Shown piece by piece: positions 37,031 through 51,599 of a stretch of 64,000 nucleotides of DNA. Under the pieces are notes generated by a model that was given only the letters and a program-made list of their open reading frames with translations, made no database searches and had not been told where the DNA came from. Position 1 is the stretch's first letter, and each line of letters starts with the position of its first letter. The position numbers and the translations under genes were made by a program. Origin of the DNA: Octopus sinensis (taxonomy: Eukaryota); NCBI RefSeq assembly GCF_006345805.1, contig NC_043002.1, positions 66,216,001 through 66,280,000 on the forward strand, in the 5' to 3' direction.

Positions 37031-37530
37031 AGCACTGGCATCGACCCATGCTTGAATGGTGCTTTTTACATGCCACCAGCACAGGTGCCAGTCATGTGGC
37101 ACTGGTGTCAGCCACAACTACAATTTCTATTTTGATTTTGACACACACATAGATATATGTGTGTATATATGCACTATTAATATAAGCCTGCACACATATG
37201 TACTTAAATCCATAAGCATATATATATATATATCATCATCATCATCATCGTCGTTTAACGTCCGTTCTCCATGCTAGCATGGGTTGGACGGTTCGACCGG
37301 GGTTCTGGGAAGCCAGAAGGCTGCACCAGGCTCCAGTCTAATTTGGCAATGTTTCTACAGCTGGATGCCCTTCCTAACGCCAACCACTCCGTATATATAT
37401 ATATACACACACAAATATGCACACGCACACACACCCATTGATACATGCATACACGCATATGCATACATGCATATGCATACATATAGGCATATACACATAC
37501 ATACATATGCATATATACACATATATACAT

Positions 37531-37565
<35 letters not shown>

Positions 37566-38140
37566 CTTACACATACATATACATCCATACACATGGCTCT
37601 TATGGCTCGATGCCCTTCCTAATGCCAACCACCCCACTGCATGTGCTTTATGTTACACTAGCATTAGTGCTTTTAACGTGGTACCAGCATGAATGTTTTT
37701 CATGTGGAACCAACACCAGTATCAATTTTGCTGTGGCGGACAGGTCTTTTTGAGTACGGCCAGGCACCAGATATCTCGATACATGCATATATATGTACAT
37801 GCACTGCACACACACACACACACACACATGTATAAGCTTTCCTGCACAGGTTGCACCTGGCATAGTTTCACCTAATGACAAAAGCAACATCAATGTTTCA
37901 ATAACTGATTACACAACATTATGTAAATAAAATGTCAATGAGACAAGAACTTAGAAGCTAATGAATAACATTGACTAAGCTATTACTCACATACAAGTAA
38001 AGCCATTATGTTATGTACAATGCCATAAAACTATTAATTATCTCATTTCTAAATTACTTAATTAGAATGATACAGAGTCTCTAATGTAAAAACATTAGCT
38101 GGTTAACTAGCAGTGACATACTTACATACCAGAAAATAGA

Positions 38141-38597
38141 AATATTCTTTACTACTCAAGGCACAAAGCCTGAAATTTTTGGGGAGGCAGGCAGTTGATT
38201 AGATCCACCCTAGTATGCAACTGGTACTTAATTTATCGACCCTGGGAGGAAGAAAGGCAAAGTCGGCCTCAGCAGAATTTGAACTGGGAACATAAAAAAA
38301 AATATTCTTTTCTACTCTAGGCACAAGGTCCGACATTTTGGGGTAGGGGACCAGTTGATTAGATAGACCTCAGTACGCAACTGGTACTTAATTTATCGAC
38401 CCTGAGAGGACGAAAGGCAAAGTTGACCTCAGCGAAATTTGAACTGGGAACATAAAAAAAAATATTCTTTTCTACTCTAGGTACAAGAACCAAAATTTTG
38501 GGGGAGAGGGCCAGTCGATTAGATCGACCTCAATATGCAACTGGTACTTAACTTATCAACCCTGAAAGGATGAAAGGCAACGTTAACCTTGGCGGCA
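38141..38597 (-). repeat. Three tandem about 160-bp units derived from the family B SINE
   Basis: aatattcttt..ctact unit starts at about 38141, 38301 and 38461. Confidence 0.85.
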
Positions 38598-41500
38598 GAA
38601 AATAGAAATATATTGTTTACAAGTATAAGGGTAAATATTTTGGGTACGTATAGAGCATTACTTTTGGAAGTGATGAAGGAGGGGGCATCCCCTGGGGTAG
38701 AGTGGAAAATTTTTGATGGTTACTGTTGACAAAGAGGGTAGGAGTAAAGGGGATAGAGGATGCATCTTCTGATTGCCCTTATTTTCAAGACTATTTTCAT
38801 TTACTGGTAATATTGAATTCAAATTTTAGCACAAGGCTAGCAATTTCAGTAAAGCAGGCAAGTTGATTACATCAACCTCAGTGCTCAACTGGTACTTATT
38901 TTATCAATCCCAAAAGGATGAAAGGCAAAGTCAACCTTGGCGGAATTCGAACTCAGATTGTAAAGACAGATGAAATACTGCTAATCATTTCGTCCAGTGT
39001 GCTAATGTTTCTGCCAGCTTGCTGCCTTAAACAAAGAAAATATTAGAAAGGTAGATCTGTAGGTCAGTCGACTACATGGTTGCATGGTTGTCATAGGACA
39101 GCTTGACCAGGGCTGACCGGGGCCTTCTACCATTTCTGCCATCCTTTATACTCTGATAATAACAGTGATAATATTACATTATTTTTATGACCTTTCAGTC
39201 AAGACATGGGGTGGGAATGGGGATAGACAAAACAAAACAAATAAATAAATAAATTTAAAAAAAAAGAGAACACATCTCATCGTGTTTTTTTAGGTTTTTA
39301 TTTGTGCTCACATCTTTTGTAAAAGTTGGCCTAAATTTTGAACATTATTCATACACCAAGGACATTTGTTTTCATGATGCCTGATGGAAGTGAATAAAGG
39401 GTAAATTACTGGCAAATCTTTTCATTCATCACTCAATTTTAGCCTTTAACCTTTACCATGAACATTAATTGAGGTTGGCAGGATTGATGAGGGACAATTC
39501 AGAAACAGACAGTTAGCCATCCATCTTTCTACCCAACCAACCAACCAACCAACTAGCCTGCCAGCCAGCCAGCCAGCCATAACTTGATGACCCTGTGTTG
39601 TATTTCAAGGCTAAGATAAGTGAGCTCTTATCAGTAATAATGATACAATTAACCCCTAAATTGTCAGTGAGGGTGACATAATTTGCTGGTGTAAGCAGTA
39701 ACAACATTTTAGAATTGATGATTGATAGTGATTTCAGCCCCCCGCCCCGTGCTGGTGGCACGTAAAAAGCACAATCCAATCGTGGCCGTTGCCAGCCTTG
39801 CCTGGCCCCCATGCCAGTGGCACGTAAAAAGTACCATCTGACTGTGGCCGTTTGCCAGCCCCGTCTGGCACGTAAAAAGCACCCATTACACTCACGGAGT
39901 GGTTGGCATTAGGAAGAGCATCCAGCCGTAGAAACATTGCCAGATCAGACTGGGACTGGTGCAGCCTTCTGGCTTCCCAGACATCAGTTGAACCGCCCAA
40001 CCCATGTTAGCATGGAAAGTGGATGCTAAATGATGATGATGATGATGATTGTGCTGAGTTCAATTCTTGTTCACACACAAAACTATTTTTTCATTACTTT
40101 TTAAAGTTAACACGAAGCCCACTCTTTGACCATTGTATCTGTGAGAAATAGTAAACAAATAACTCTCAAATGACATCATACTATCTTAACTAAGGTAGAG
40201 CACACTAGACAATACAGGCTTATGTCGTCTGTCGTGTGTCCTATGTCTCAAATGGCTGGAGCTTAACCCATTTTCCAAGGTGTATAAAGGACTGAGATAA
40301 CAAAACAACCGCTCCTTGAATGGAATACTTGTCTGTTTCAAGGATAACTGCCCAGGTATTGCTGGAAATTATTTACAGCTGAATTCTTTTCTGTTCAAGA
40401 CACAAAGCCTGAAATTTTGGGGGAAAGGGCCAGTCAATTAGATCGACCCCAGTACTTAATTTATTGACCCCGAAAGGATGAAAGGCAAAGTCAACCTCGG
40501 CAGAATTTGAACTCAGAATGTAAAGACAGATGAAATACCTATTTCTTTACTACCCACAAGGGGCTAAATACAGAGAGGACTAACAAGGACAGACAAACGG
40601 ATTAAGTCGATTATATCGACCCTAGTGCATAATTGGTACTTATTTAATTGACCCTGAAAGGATGAAAGGCAAAGTTGACCTCGGCGGAATTTGAACTCAG
40701 AACATAGCAGCAGACGGAATACTGCTAAGTATTTCGCCTGGCATGCTAATGTTTCTGCTGCCTTTTATTTACAGCTGAATTCACTAGAGCAGGATAAGGA
40801 TAAAGATTGTTTCCTGAGTTATATAAGCTCATAGGGCCAGTTTCCTAGATTCTGTGGTCGTTATATTTCTCCCCTGGATGGGATACCAGTTCCATTGCCG
40901 GCTTACTCATTATTACCAGCTGAGTGGACTGGAGCAACATGAAATGAAGTGTTTTGCTCAAGAACACAATGCACTGCCTGGTCTAGGAATTGAAACGTCA
41001 ATCTTATGATCACGTGTCCAATAGCCTAACCACTGAGCTATGTGCATCTGCAGTAGACTGGAGTGATGAGAAATGAAGTGTTTTCTTCAAGAACACAATG
41101 CTCCAGCCAGTTCAGGAATTGAAACCACAACCCTCTGATTATGAGGGCAATATTCTAACCACTAGGCCATACACCTTCACAATGGATAATCCTTTTAACT
41201 AAAGGCACGAGGCCTGAAACTTGTGCGGAGGGGTCGCGTCGATGACATCAACCCCCAGTATTTCACTAGTACTTAATATATCAATCCCGAAAGGATGAAA
41301 GGCAAAGTTGACCTCGGCGAAAATTTGAACTCAGAACATAGCGGCAGACAAAACACCGCTAAGCATTTTGCCCAGCGTGCTAACGTTTCTGTCAGCTTGC
41401 CACCTTACATTCACAACAGATAATGTAGACCTAGATGTATTCGGTCTGCAAAAGAACAACAACAACACCAAAATAAAACTCTTTAACACTTTTACTTGTT

Positions 41501-42526
41501 TCAGTCATTTGACTGTGGCCATGCTGGAGCACCACATTTAGTCGAGCAAATTGGCTCCAAGACTTATTCTTTGTAAGCCTAGTACTTATTCTATCGGTCT
41601 CTTTTGTCGAACCGCTAAGTTACAGGGACGTAAACACACCAGCATCGGTTGTCAAGCAATGTTGGGGGTAGAAACACAGACACACAAACATATAAACACA
41701 CATACATATATATATACATATATACAACAAGCTTCTTTCAGTTTCTGTCTACAAAATCCACTCACAAGGCTTTGGTTGGCCCGAGGCTATAGCAGAAGAC
41801 ACTTGCCCAAGGTGCTATGCAGTGGGACTGAACCTGGAACCATGTGGTTCGTAAGCAAGCTTCTTACCACACAGCCACTCTTTCGCCTATTCACACAGCC
41901 ACTCCTACACCTATTCACACTCCTACGCCTATATAAAAAAATATAAATATAAAAAAATATAAATATAAAAAAATAAAAATAACAATAGGTTGATCCTGGC
42001 TACTCATTCAAAGTTGATCTGGGGCAAAACAATAAATATTACACAACATAAAGCTGGTGTGGGAAGACTACATAATCAAACCACCTTTTGTATTTGATGG
42101 AGACAAGGTTACTGTTTCTAGCAGACTGAGTCACTGCATAGAGGCTTCCTTTCACCCTTGTTATGAAAGGACAAACAATTCTTTGAATGATTTTTATGCT
42201 GATACCATAACATACCTCCCTAAAACTAAATTAACCCTTTAGCATTTAAATTGGCCATATCCAGCCAAAATATTCTACGTTTTATGCTGCAACTGGCCAG
42301 ATCTAACTTCTTACATCCACCCTACAATCTGAAGTGAAAATAAACAATCATATTGAAATCTTGTGACCAAGAGATAATGCATGGTTAATTCAAATCAATG
42401 TGAATATATAAGATTTGCATTTGATGGAGTCATCTGAATACTAAAGGCTTAAAATAATATCACCCATAAAAAACTTTTTCCAAGTGTGTTTACTACACAG
42501 AGAAATAAAAAATTCCAACTATGTAC

Positions 42527-42671
42527 CCCACAACTGTTGTCTCCTGTACAGTTTGATTGATTATTGCTCTCTCAGTTCAGGTTGACATCCATAAAATCTT
42601 TGGGTGTGATTTCTGGTTTGACTTCATTTGTACAGACTTTTCTGTTTTTTTTTTTCGTTTGCTTAGCTTTT
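42527..42671 (-). other. Possible internal 5'UTR exon with short uORFs
   Basis: caacaacAG acceptor and a weak GGG|GTACAT donor in unique sequence; its ATGs reach stops within 16 codons. Confidence 0.25.
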
Positions 42672-42868
42672 CTGTTGTTGAAATGAACTGAAGTGTGATA
42701 TGAATAAAGAGTTAACATGATTAAACAGTTAAGAATGAGTATATGTGTGTATCTATACACACACACACACATAAATTACATATATATATGTATGTATTTT
42801 ATTATATATGTATAAATATATATATATATATATACATACACATGTGTGTGTGTGTGTATACATCATAC

Positions 42869-42910
<42 letters not shown>

Positions 42911-43369
42911 GAGAAACAGACATAGAGATATATACTGTTGACAATAGATATTTATATCTGTTCATGTTCTCTCAATAGTCTATAAATTCTCATAAATACA
43001 AGCTACATTGAAAAGAATAAGGTTTCTCAAATGGAGAGAAAAATTCAAAGGACTGCTTTAGACCAGTGGTAGAATACCTGTCGTGTCTACTGGAGATGAA
43101 AATTACATCTCCAGTAGATCCCCTAAAAGGGTATTTTTAATTCAATATTCACATGCTGGTATTTATATCTGTATGTGATGTGCCTCAAGAGCCAATACTC
43201 CAATATATATATATATATATATATATATCATAACACAAAGGGAGGAATTTTGATTATCCCCACATGGTGAGTTGTAATGCAAAAAATATATACATAAAAT
43301 AGAAGGAGAATGCACGCACTTTACACAGTTTTAATATATTAAAACTGTGTAAAGTGAGTACATTTTCCT

Positions 43370-43413
<44 letters not shown>

Positions 43414-44994
43414 CATCATCATCGTTTAACGTCCGTTTTCCATGCTAGCATGGGTTGGATGGCTCGACCAGGGTCTGGGAAGCCAGGAGGCAGCACCAGG
43501 CTCCTGTCTGATCTGGCAGTGTTTCTACAGCTTGATGCCCTTCCTAATGCCAACCACTCCGTGAGTGTAGTGGGTGCTTTTTACGTGCCACCAGCACAGG
43601 GGCCAGAGGAGCCTGGCAGACGGCCACAATTGGTTGGTGCTTTTTACGTGTCACTGACACGGATGCCAGTCAGGCGGCGCTGTTGGTGACATGTAAAAAG
43701 CACCAACCGATCATGGCCGTCTGCCAGCCTCCTCTCTCTCTATATACATATGTATATTCTTGTTTCAGTCATTAGACTGTGGCCATGCTGGGGTACTGCC
43801 TTGAAGAATTTTAGTTGCATGAATCAATTCCGGGACTTATATCCTTTTTATAAGCCTAGGTCTTATTCTAATGATCTCTTTTTGCTGAACTGCTAAGTTA
43901 CAGGAGACAAATAAAAAGACACACAGACACACATATAATTATTTAAAAAAATACTTCCTTCAAGCAGTAATATCACTGTTTCATTTCACTTACAGAAATC
44001 TTTAGTTCTAAAAACTTTATCCCTAATCAGACCAACTTCAGGAAGAGAAGGTCCTTAGATAAGGACCAGAATCATTTTCTTGCTGGAACACACACACACA
44101 CATGATGGTCTTTTTTCAATTTCTGTCTATGAAACCAACTCACAAAGCTTTCGTTGGCCTGCTGGGGCTATAGTAAAAGACACTTGCCCAAGGTTACCAG
44201 TGGGACTGAATCTGAAGTCAGTTGGTTAGAAAACAAATTCTTAACCACACATAGCCATGTCTGATCCTATCCATATAGTTATATACTCAAAACAAACAAA
44301 AAATCATTAGAAAAGAGGCAGGATGATTAAATTTCCTCATTATATTCTATGTTAAAGCATAACAAAAAATATAAAAGAGCTTAAAAAAAACAAAGCTACA
44401 AGTCACACAAGTGTTCTACTTAAAAAGTGATAGTCGTCATACTCCTTCATGGGTCAAAACATATTTATGTTATCTTTTGTACTAATACACATTTAGGTAT
44501 GCACTGAAGTGAATTCCATGACCACTCCCCTTATATATTATGTTTCATTAAATGAAATCTATAGTATTTCTATTCAAAATACCCACTGAAATAGATATAG
44601 GTGTAATAAATATCCTTGCTTGGAAATATCTTTGTCACCTGCATCTTGCACACAGTTTTATTTTTATAAAAAATGTATTTGTAACTCTTTAATGTGCTGT
44701 GAAACATTATAAGTATAAAACGATAGTTTTTGATAAATTGTTGTGTGTAATACACAAAGATAAGCATTCGATTTACATTGAACACTATGTACATATGCAA
44801 TACTCAAATACATATATATATACAGAAAATAAAACGAATTCCATTGGTTATAAGCAACATATCCAGATGATACACTACAATAAGTCTGTGGTAGTTGTTA
44901 GGCATAAAAATAATAAAATAACAGTAATAAACGAGTGAAGAAATATATATATATACACCAAAATCAAAATCAAAATCGATCAACATCAATGGAA

Positions 44995-45330
44995 ATTGTA
45001 GTTGTGATACCAGTGCCGGTGGCACATAGAACTATCCGAACGTAGCCGTTGCCAGCGCTGCCCCAACTGGCCTCCGTGCCAGTGGCACGTAAAAAGCACC
45101 ATCCGATCGTGGCTGTTGCCAGCCTCACCTGGCACCTGTGCCGGTGGCACGTAAAAAGCACCCACTACACTCGTGGAGTGGTTGGCGTTAGGAAGAGCAT
45201 CCAGCCGTAGAAACATTGCCAGATCAGACTTAGCCTGGTGCAGCCTTCTGGCTTCCCAGACCCCAGTTGAACCATCCAACCCATGCCAGCATGGAAAGCG
45301 GACACTAAACGATGACGATGATGATGATGA
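44995..45330 (+). mobile_element. SINE-like family C with (GAT)n tail and internal gtgccNgtggcac repeats. Other copies about 2040-2286, 2690-2966, 6437-6660, 9490-9750, 20477-20703, 30962-31217, 37233-37390, 39748-40050, 43392-43730, 47185-47425
   Basis: Shared ggcgttaggaagggcatccagc...catgccagcatggaaa..gacgttaaacgatgatg across copies. Confidence 0.8.
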
Positions 45331-45500
45331 GTGCGTGTGTTTATTTGGCAAAATAAATAAATAAATAAATTTTTTGAATAAAATGACCATTCCGCAGTTC
45401 AAGAATATCTGTTTCAACACATGATTTCACATCAAGAATCTTGCAAAATGAATTGATAAACACACACACATACATATGTACATATAAGAGGGATGGCCAC

Positions 45501-45693
45501 AACATGGACATCCATATGCTAGAAGTAGATCTGCTATGGTCTTTCCACTAAGGAAGGATTAATCTATATTTTGTTTCTTTTCATTCGTCTTGCTTGCTTA
45601 CGTTCTGGCTTTTGCTAAAATTTTCTTGAGAACATTCCTTTCTTAGTGGTAAGACCATAGCGGATCTACGTCTAGCACAGGGATGTCCACGTT
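45501..45693. mobile_element. MITE-like element with about 58-bp inverted termini
   Basis: aacatggacatcc...ccactaaggaagga versus tcctttcttagtgg...ggatgtccacgtt. Confidence 0.7.
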
Positions 45694-47423
45694 TATGTAT
45701 GCAATATAATTTTTCTGTATCTTCAGATTTTAATATGCTAGAACACTGGTTTTAAATTGATATTAATCAAATTAATATTCAATTTTTCACCCTTATTATT
45801 TTAAAATATAAATATATTATATAAATATGTTATAGGCACAGGAGTGACTGTGTGGTAAGTAGCTTGCTTACCAGCCACATGGTTCTGGGTTCATTCCTAC
45901 TGCGTGGCACCTAGGGCAAGTGTCTTCTACTATAGCTTCAAGCTGACCTTGTGAGTGGATTTGGTAGACAGAAACTGAAAGAAGCCCGTCGTATATATGT
46001 ATATATATGTATGTGTGTGTATATGTTTGTGTGTCTGTGTTTGTCCCCCCCAACATTGCTTGACAACCAATGCTGGTGTGTTTACGTCCCCGTAAATTAG
46101 CGGTGAGGCTGGCAACAACCACGATCGGATGGTGCTTTTTACGTGCCACTGGCACAGAGGCCAGTCGGGGCAGCGCTGGCAACGGCTACGTTCAGATGGT
46201 TCTATGTGCCACCGGCACTGATATCACAACTACAAAAGAGACCAATAGAATAAGTACTAGGCTTACAAAGAAAAAGTCCTGGGGTCGATTTGCTTGACTA
46301 AAGGCAGTGCTCCAGCATGGCCACAGTCAAATGACTGAAACAAATAAAAGAGTAAAATAGTATATGTAAATATATGCATGTGTATATGTATGTTTGTGTG
46401 TCAAGTCATAGAAATAGCCATTCATGTCCAGTCTTCCATGAAGACATGTCTAACTATGGAGAAGTATTATGTAACTTGGAAATAGGTGAAGGTTGACAAC
46501 AGGAAAAGGTATGGGAAAATATATTTCAATGAATTCCATGTGACCCATGCAAACCTGGAAAAGTGGATGTTATAACAACAATAACGATCATGATCGCGAT
46601 GGTATTTGTATATATCATCAACATCCACCTCCTCCTCCTCATCATCATCATCATCATTAAACGTCCCTTTCCCCTGCTGGCACGGGTTTGACATGGAACT
46701 GGCCCACAGGGAAGCTGTCCAGACTTGTGGCATGGTTTCTTATTTGTTTATTGCCCACAAAGAGCTAAACACAGAGGAGACAAACAAGGACAGACAAAGG
46801 GATTAAGTCGATTATATCAACCCCAGTGCATAACTGGTACTCAATTTATCGACCCCGAAAGGTTGAAAGGCAAAGTTGACCTCGGTGGAATTTGAACTCA
46901 GAATGTAATGGCAGACGAAATATCACTAAGCATTTCGCCCGGCGTGCTAGCATTTCTGCCAGCTCACTGCCATGGTTTCTACGGCTGGATGCCCTTCCTA
47001 ACACCAACCACTAAACAGAGAGTTATGGGTGCTTCTTATGTGCCACAGACACAGGTGTGTTTGCACAGTAGTGGCACAAGTGCATTTTATGTGCCACTGG
47101 CACCTGTAAAGGACAAGCATGTATATATGGATGACAGCAATTTTACTTAGCTTGGCATGTCTTCTCAGATATATATATATGTATTCTGTGCCGGTGGCAC
47201 AGAAAAGGCACCATCCAATCGTGGGCGATGACAGCTCCTCCGGCACGTAAAAAGCAACCACTACACTCTCGGAGTGGTTGGTATTAGGAAGGGCATCCAG
47301 CTGTAGAAACACTGCCAGATCAGATTGGACCCTGGTGCAGCCTCCTGGCTTCCCAGACCCCACTCAAACCACCATCCAACCCATGCTAGCATGGAAAACA
47401 GATGTTAAACGATGATGATGATG

Positions 47424-47507
<84 letters not shown>

Positions 47508-49017
47508 CTGTGTGTATTGATAAAAATGGTAAGACAACAAAAGAAATAAAGAGACCTCAATATTATGTAAATAGAGGAATTTATGTGGCAATTATTCGGT
47601 AGCCATGGTGGCATGGATTTCCACCTCGGCATCCGAAACTCAGAGTTTTATCGTGGCTCCCAAAATAATTGTCACATATTACATTTACATATATATATAT
47701 ATTTCATTTTTGTATTTGGTTTGCAAGATTCTTTATGTGAATGCGTTAATTAATAATGCATTAAAACAGAATGACTCTCCCTGGACACTATACACTTTTA
47801 CTCTTTTACTTACCCCAGAACTTATTCTTTGTAAGCCTAGTACTTATTCTATCGGTCTCTTTTGCCAAACCGCTAAGTTACGGGGACGTAAACATACCAG
47901 CATCGGTTGTCAAGAGATATTGGGGGGACAAACACAAACACACACACACACATATATACATATATACAACGGGCTTCTTTCAGTTTCCGTCTACCAAATC
48001 CATTCACAAGGCTTTGGTTGGCTCGAGGCTATAGTAGAAGACACTTGCCCAAGGTGCCATGCAGTGGGACTGAACTCGGAACCATGTGGTTGGTAAGCAA
48101 GCTACTTACCACACAGCCACTCCTGCACCTATATTTAATATAAATAAATAAATTATATTATGTATACACACATAAACAGACATACACAGTCACATACTCA
48201 AGCAAATATACATAAATATATACAAGCACATATGCACACACATATACACTCACACATATATATACATATATACTGTAAAGTAGGAGGCTGAATTAATCCT
48301 TTATTTAAAAACAATTGCTGAATATACTCAATATTAAATTATTCAGTATCAACTTCAAGTTCTCTGATTACAACATAGACCTTACACATAGTCAGTATCT
48401 GTAATTATTATAACCAAAATGAATAAATCATTATCTTTATTGACATCATAAGAATTTGCAATAATTCTTATTTAGAATATTTCAAAAGCACACACATAAA
48501 GCTATAAATAATGGGTTAAAAAAAACTCTTTTTTATCAAAAAAGTTAAAAGCTCCCTTTGGGACTTGAACCCACATCTCCCATAGACATGACTGATGTTC
48601 TACCATTGGATAAAAGCAATCTTTTGAATTTCTCTATTCGTTTTAGAAACTGTATTCTTAGAATGTTAACAACATACAATATTTGCTGGTTAGGATAAAG
48701 TTACCAAAATGGCTAGAAAAATTTAAAGGATTGCTTTAGTCCAGTGGTAGAATGTCTGTCATGACCACAGAAGGTGTGGTTTCAGCCCCAAGTACAGCCT
48801 TCAGTTTTTTTTTTTTGTTTTTTTTATATCTTCTATTCAAAACAGTTTTTTTAGCCCCAAATTTATTTATAGCTTAGATGCGTGGTTTGAGATATTCCCA
48901 AAAAGAATTTTTTTTTCCCCAGAAAATCAACCAGGTGTTCAACATTATAGAATTTCAAAAAACCAGATACATTACCCAGGCTCCAATTTTGTGTGTATGT
49001 GTATGCATGTGTGTGTA

Positions 49018-49060
<43 letters not shown>

Positions 49061-49139
49061 GTGCAAATATGTGTATACACTTCCATATATACAGACATGC
49101 ATACAAACATACATATTTACACATCCCTCTCTCTCTCTG

Positions 49140-49218
<79 letters not shown>

Positions 49219-49274
49219 CATACATACATACATACATACATACATACATACATACATACATCATACATATATAT

Positions 49275-49318
<44 letters not shown>

Positions 49319-49711
49319 CAAATATCAGAAGTGGTCAGTATCAACCAGCCCAATTAGGCCAAAAGTTAAGGTGGCTAAGTTTAGCAGAATAGCTCAACTG
49401 GGAAAAGAAACCTCATTGCAATGCACTGCTTCAGATGTCAACTCTCAGTCGCTGTTTACCCTTGGATCAGCTTTGATCCAGCAGATCTAGATCAAAGACG
49501 TTCTAGCCATGACCATCTCATCATATTTTCAAACATTGTATCTTAGACTACATTATCCAGTGAGTTGTTTTTTGAGATGATAGGATGATGGTATGGAGAT
49601 TTGGTTGGTGTTTCTAGCAAGTCAAACGACCACATACAGACTGCCCATATACAGTAGAGGTAGATACTTTAGACATACACACACAATAATTTGATATAAG
49701 AACATATTTTA

Positions 49712-49912
49712 AGTGTTTCTCAACCAGGGCTCATATGACCTTTGGGGTACCATATAAAATTTTGATGTTAAAAATTTATGAGCAATAAATTACTTATACT
49801 TCTACAACACACAAAATATTTAAACAATTTTTTGTATAATTCCTAATAATATTTAACTACAAAAATAGGAATCAAAGGAGTCCACAAGTCGAAAATGGTT
49901 GAGAACCACGGC
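49712..49912. mobile_element. hAT/Charlie-like MITE
   Basis: agtgtttctcaacc...ggttgagaaccac termini; the same end occurs at about 22810-22824. Confidence 0.55.
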
Positions 49913-51482
49913 TCTAAATAAACGTTGTGATTATAGTAGACAAGAAATGAAAATGAAAATCTGTCAACTAAAGGGTCACAATATTGACAAGACTGGATTT
50001 TATTGAATTGCAGTTCTGTCAAAGCCACACATTTAACACATAAAGCATGACAGGCCATGATCATGGCCGTCAGGCACAAGTCGACAAGCCACAATCTTGG
50101 CCCAGATAGATGCATTTAACTTATGGGCGTTTGTTGGGGTCTAATGTCACACAAACACTCCTATATCCCCCAGAATGCAAGAGGACTAATAGTTCAACTA
50201 ATGACTTTTCAGATGATGTAAAACTTGCCACCATTATATACTAAGAAGATATATTAAGTATTTTTTGTTTTTTATGTGTGCATGGTAGACTCATTTTCAT
50301 AAAATGTGCTCAGCAGTCCATGCTATGTAAGTGCAAATCCCAGCACTTTATAGGTTAATACTGCTAATGCTCATAGTAAAAGCATAAGTGCCACAACATT
50401 CCAGTTATCCAATTTGTACATTAATGCCTCTCATATAAGCTTTTGGGTGGTATCTTTTTTTTTTTTTTTTACTTGTTTCAGTTATTAGACTGTGGCCATG
50501 CTGGAGCATCGCCTGGAAGAATTTTAAAGCCTGGTACTTATTCTATTGAAACCTTTTGCCGAACTGCTAAGTAATAGGGACGTAAACACACCAACACCGG
50601 TTGTCAAGCAGTGGTGGAGGAACAAACACACATGCACACATACGACGGGCTTCTTTCAGTTTCTGTCTACCAAATCCAATCAGAATGCTTTGGTCGGATT
50701 TGTAGGAGACACTTGCCCAAGGTGATACACAGTGGGACATTCACTTTTCTACTCAAGGCACAAAGCCCGAAATTTTTGGGGAGGTGGGGCAGTCGATTAG
50801 ATTGACCCCAGTAAGCAACCGGTACTTAATTTATCGATTCCGAGAGGATAAAAGGCAAAGTCGACCTCGGAAGAATCTGAACTCAGAACGTAGCGGCCGA
50901 CGAAATACCTATTTCTTTACTACCCACAAGGGGCTAAACATAGAGAGGACAAACAAGGACAGATAAACGGATTAAGTCGATTATATCGACCCCAGTGCGT
51001 AAGTGGTACTTATTTAATCAACCCCGAAAGGATGAAAGGCAAAGTCGACCTCGGCAGAATTTGAACTCAGAACATAGCGGCAGACCGGTAGACGAAATAC
51101 CGCTAAGCATTTCGCCCGGCGTGCTAACGTTTTTGCCAGCTCGCCGCCTTCAGTTGGACATCATACTCGGGAAACACTTAATACAGTTCCCTATATTGTG
51201 AGCTTTCAAATTTCGATCTCAACCCACGATTAGCAAAGATCATGGACACTGCCCCTCCCTTCTTCTCTGGCTCATTTATTGATAAAGAAAATGAGACATA
51301 AGTGATATCTACTGGATTCAACTAGAAATCGAAACCAAATATCATCAGGGTCAAACCTCTTATTTCACATCACACCTTTAATGAATTATTGATTTCTTTT
51401 GCCAAGGCACAAAGGAGAAATTTTGTAAAGAGCCAGGTAACGTTGGTTTAATCAACACGAGCATGTTACAGGTACTTATTTC

Positions 51483-51599
51483 GGCGGAGGTAAGGAACAT
51501 GTACCCCACCCGTTTTCGGCGTTAACAAAACCCTAACCCTAAACTCTAACTTGAACCCTGAACCCTAAACACCGGGTGTATGTATTCTTTACTTTCGCC
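51483..51599. mobile_element. Small inverted-repeat element with internal (AACCCT)n-like repeats
   Basis: ggcggaggtaaggaacat...tattctttactttcgcc arms around aaaccctaaccctaaactctaacttgaaccctgaaccctaaac. Confidence 0.6.

Noticed and set aside
45010-45165. Regularly spaced palindromic gtgccNgtggcacgtaaaaagcac repeats resembling a CRISPR array
   Set aside because: Internal repeats of SINE-like family C with related spacers; eukaryotic context and no cas genes.
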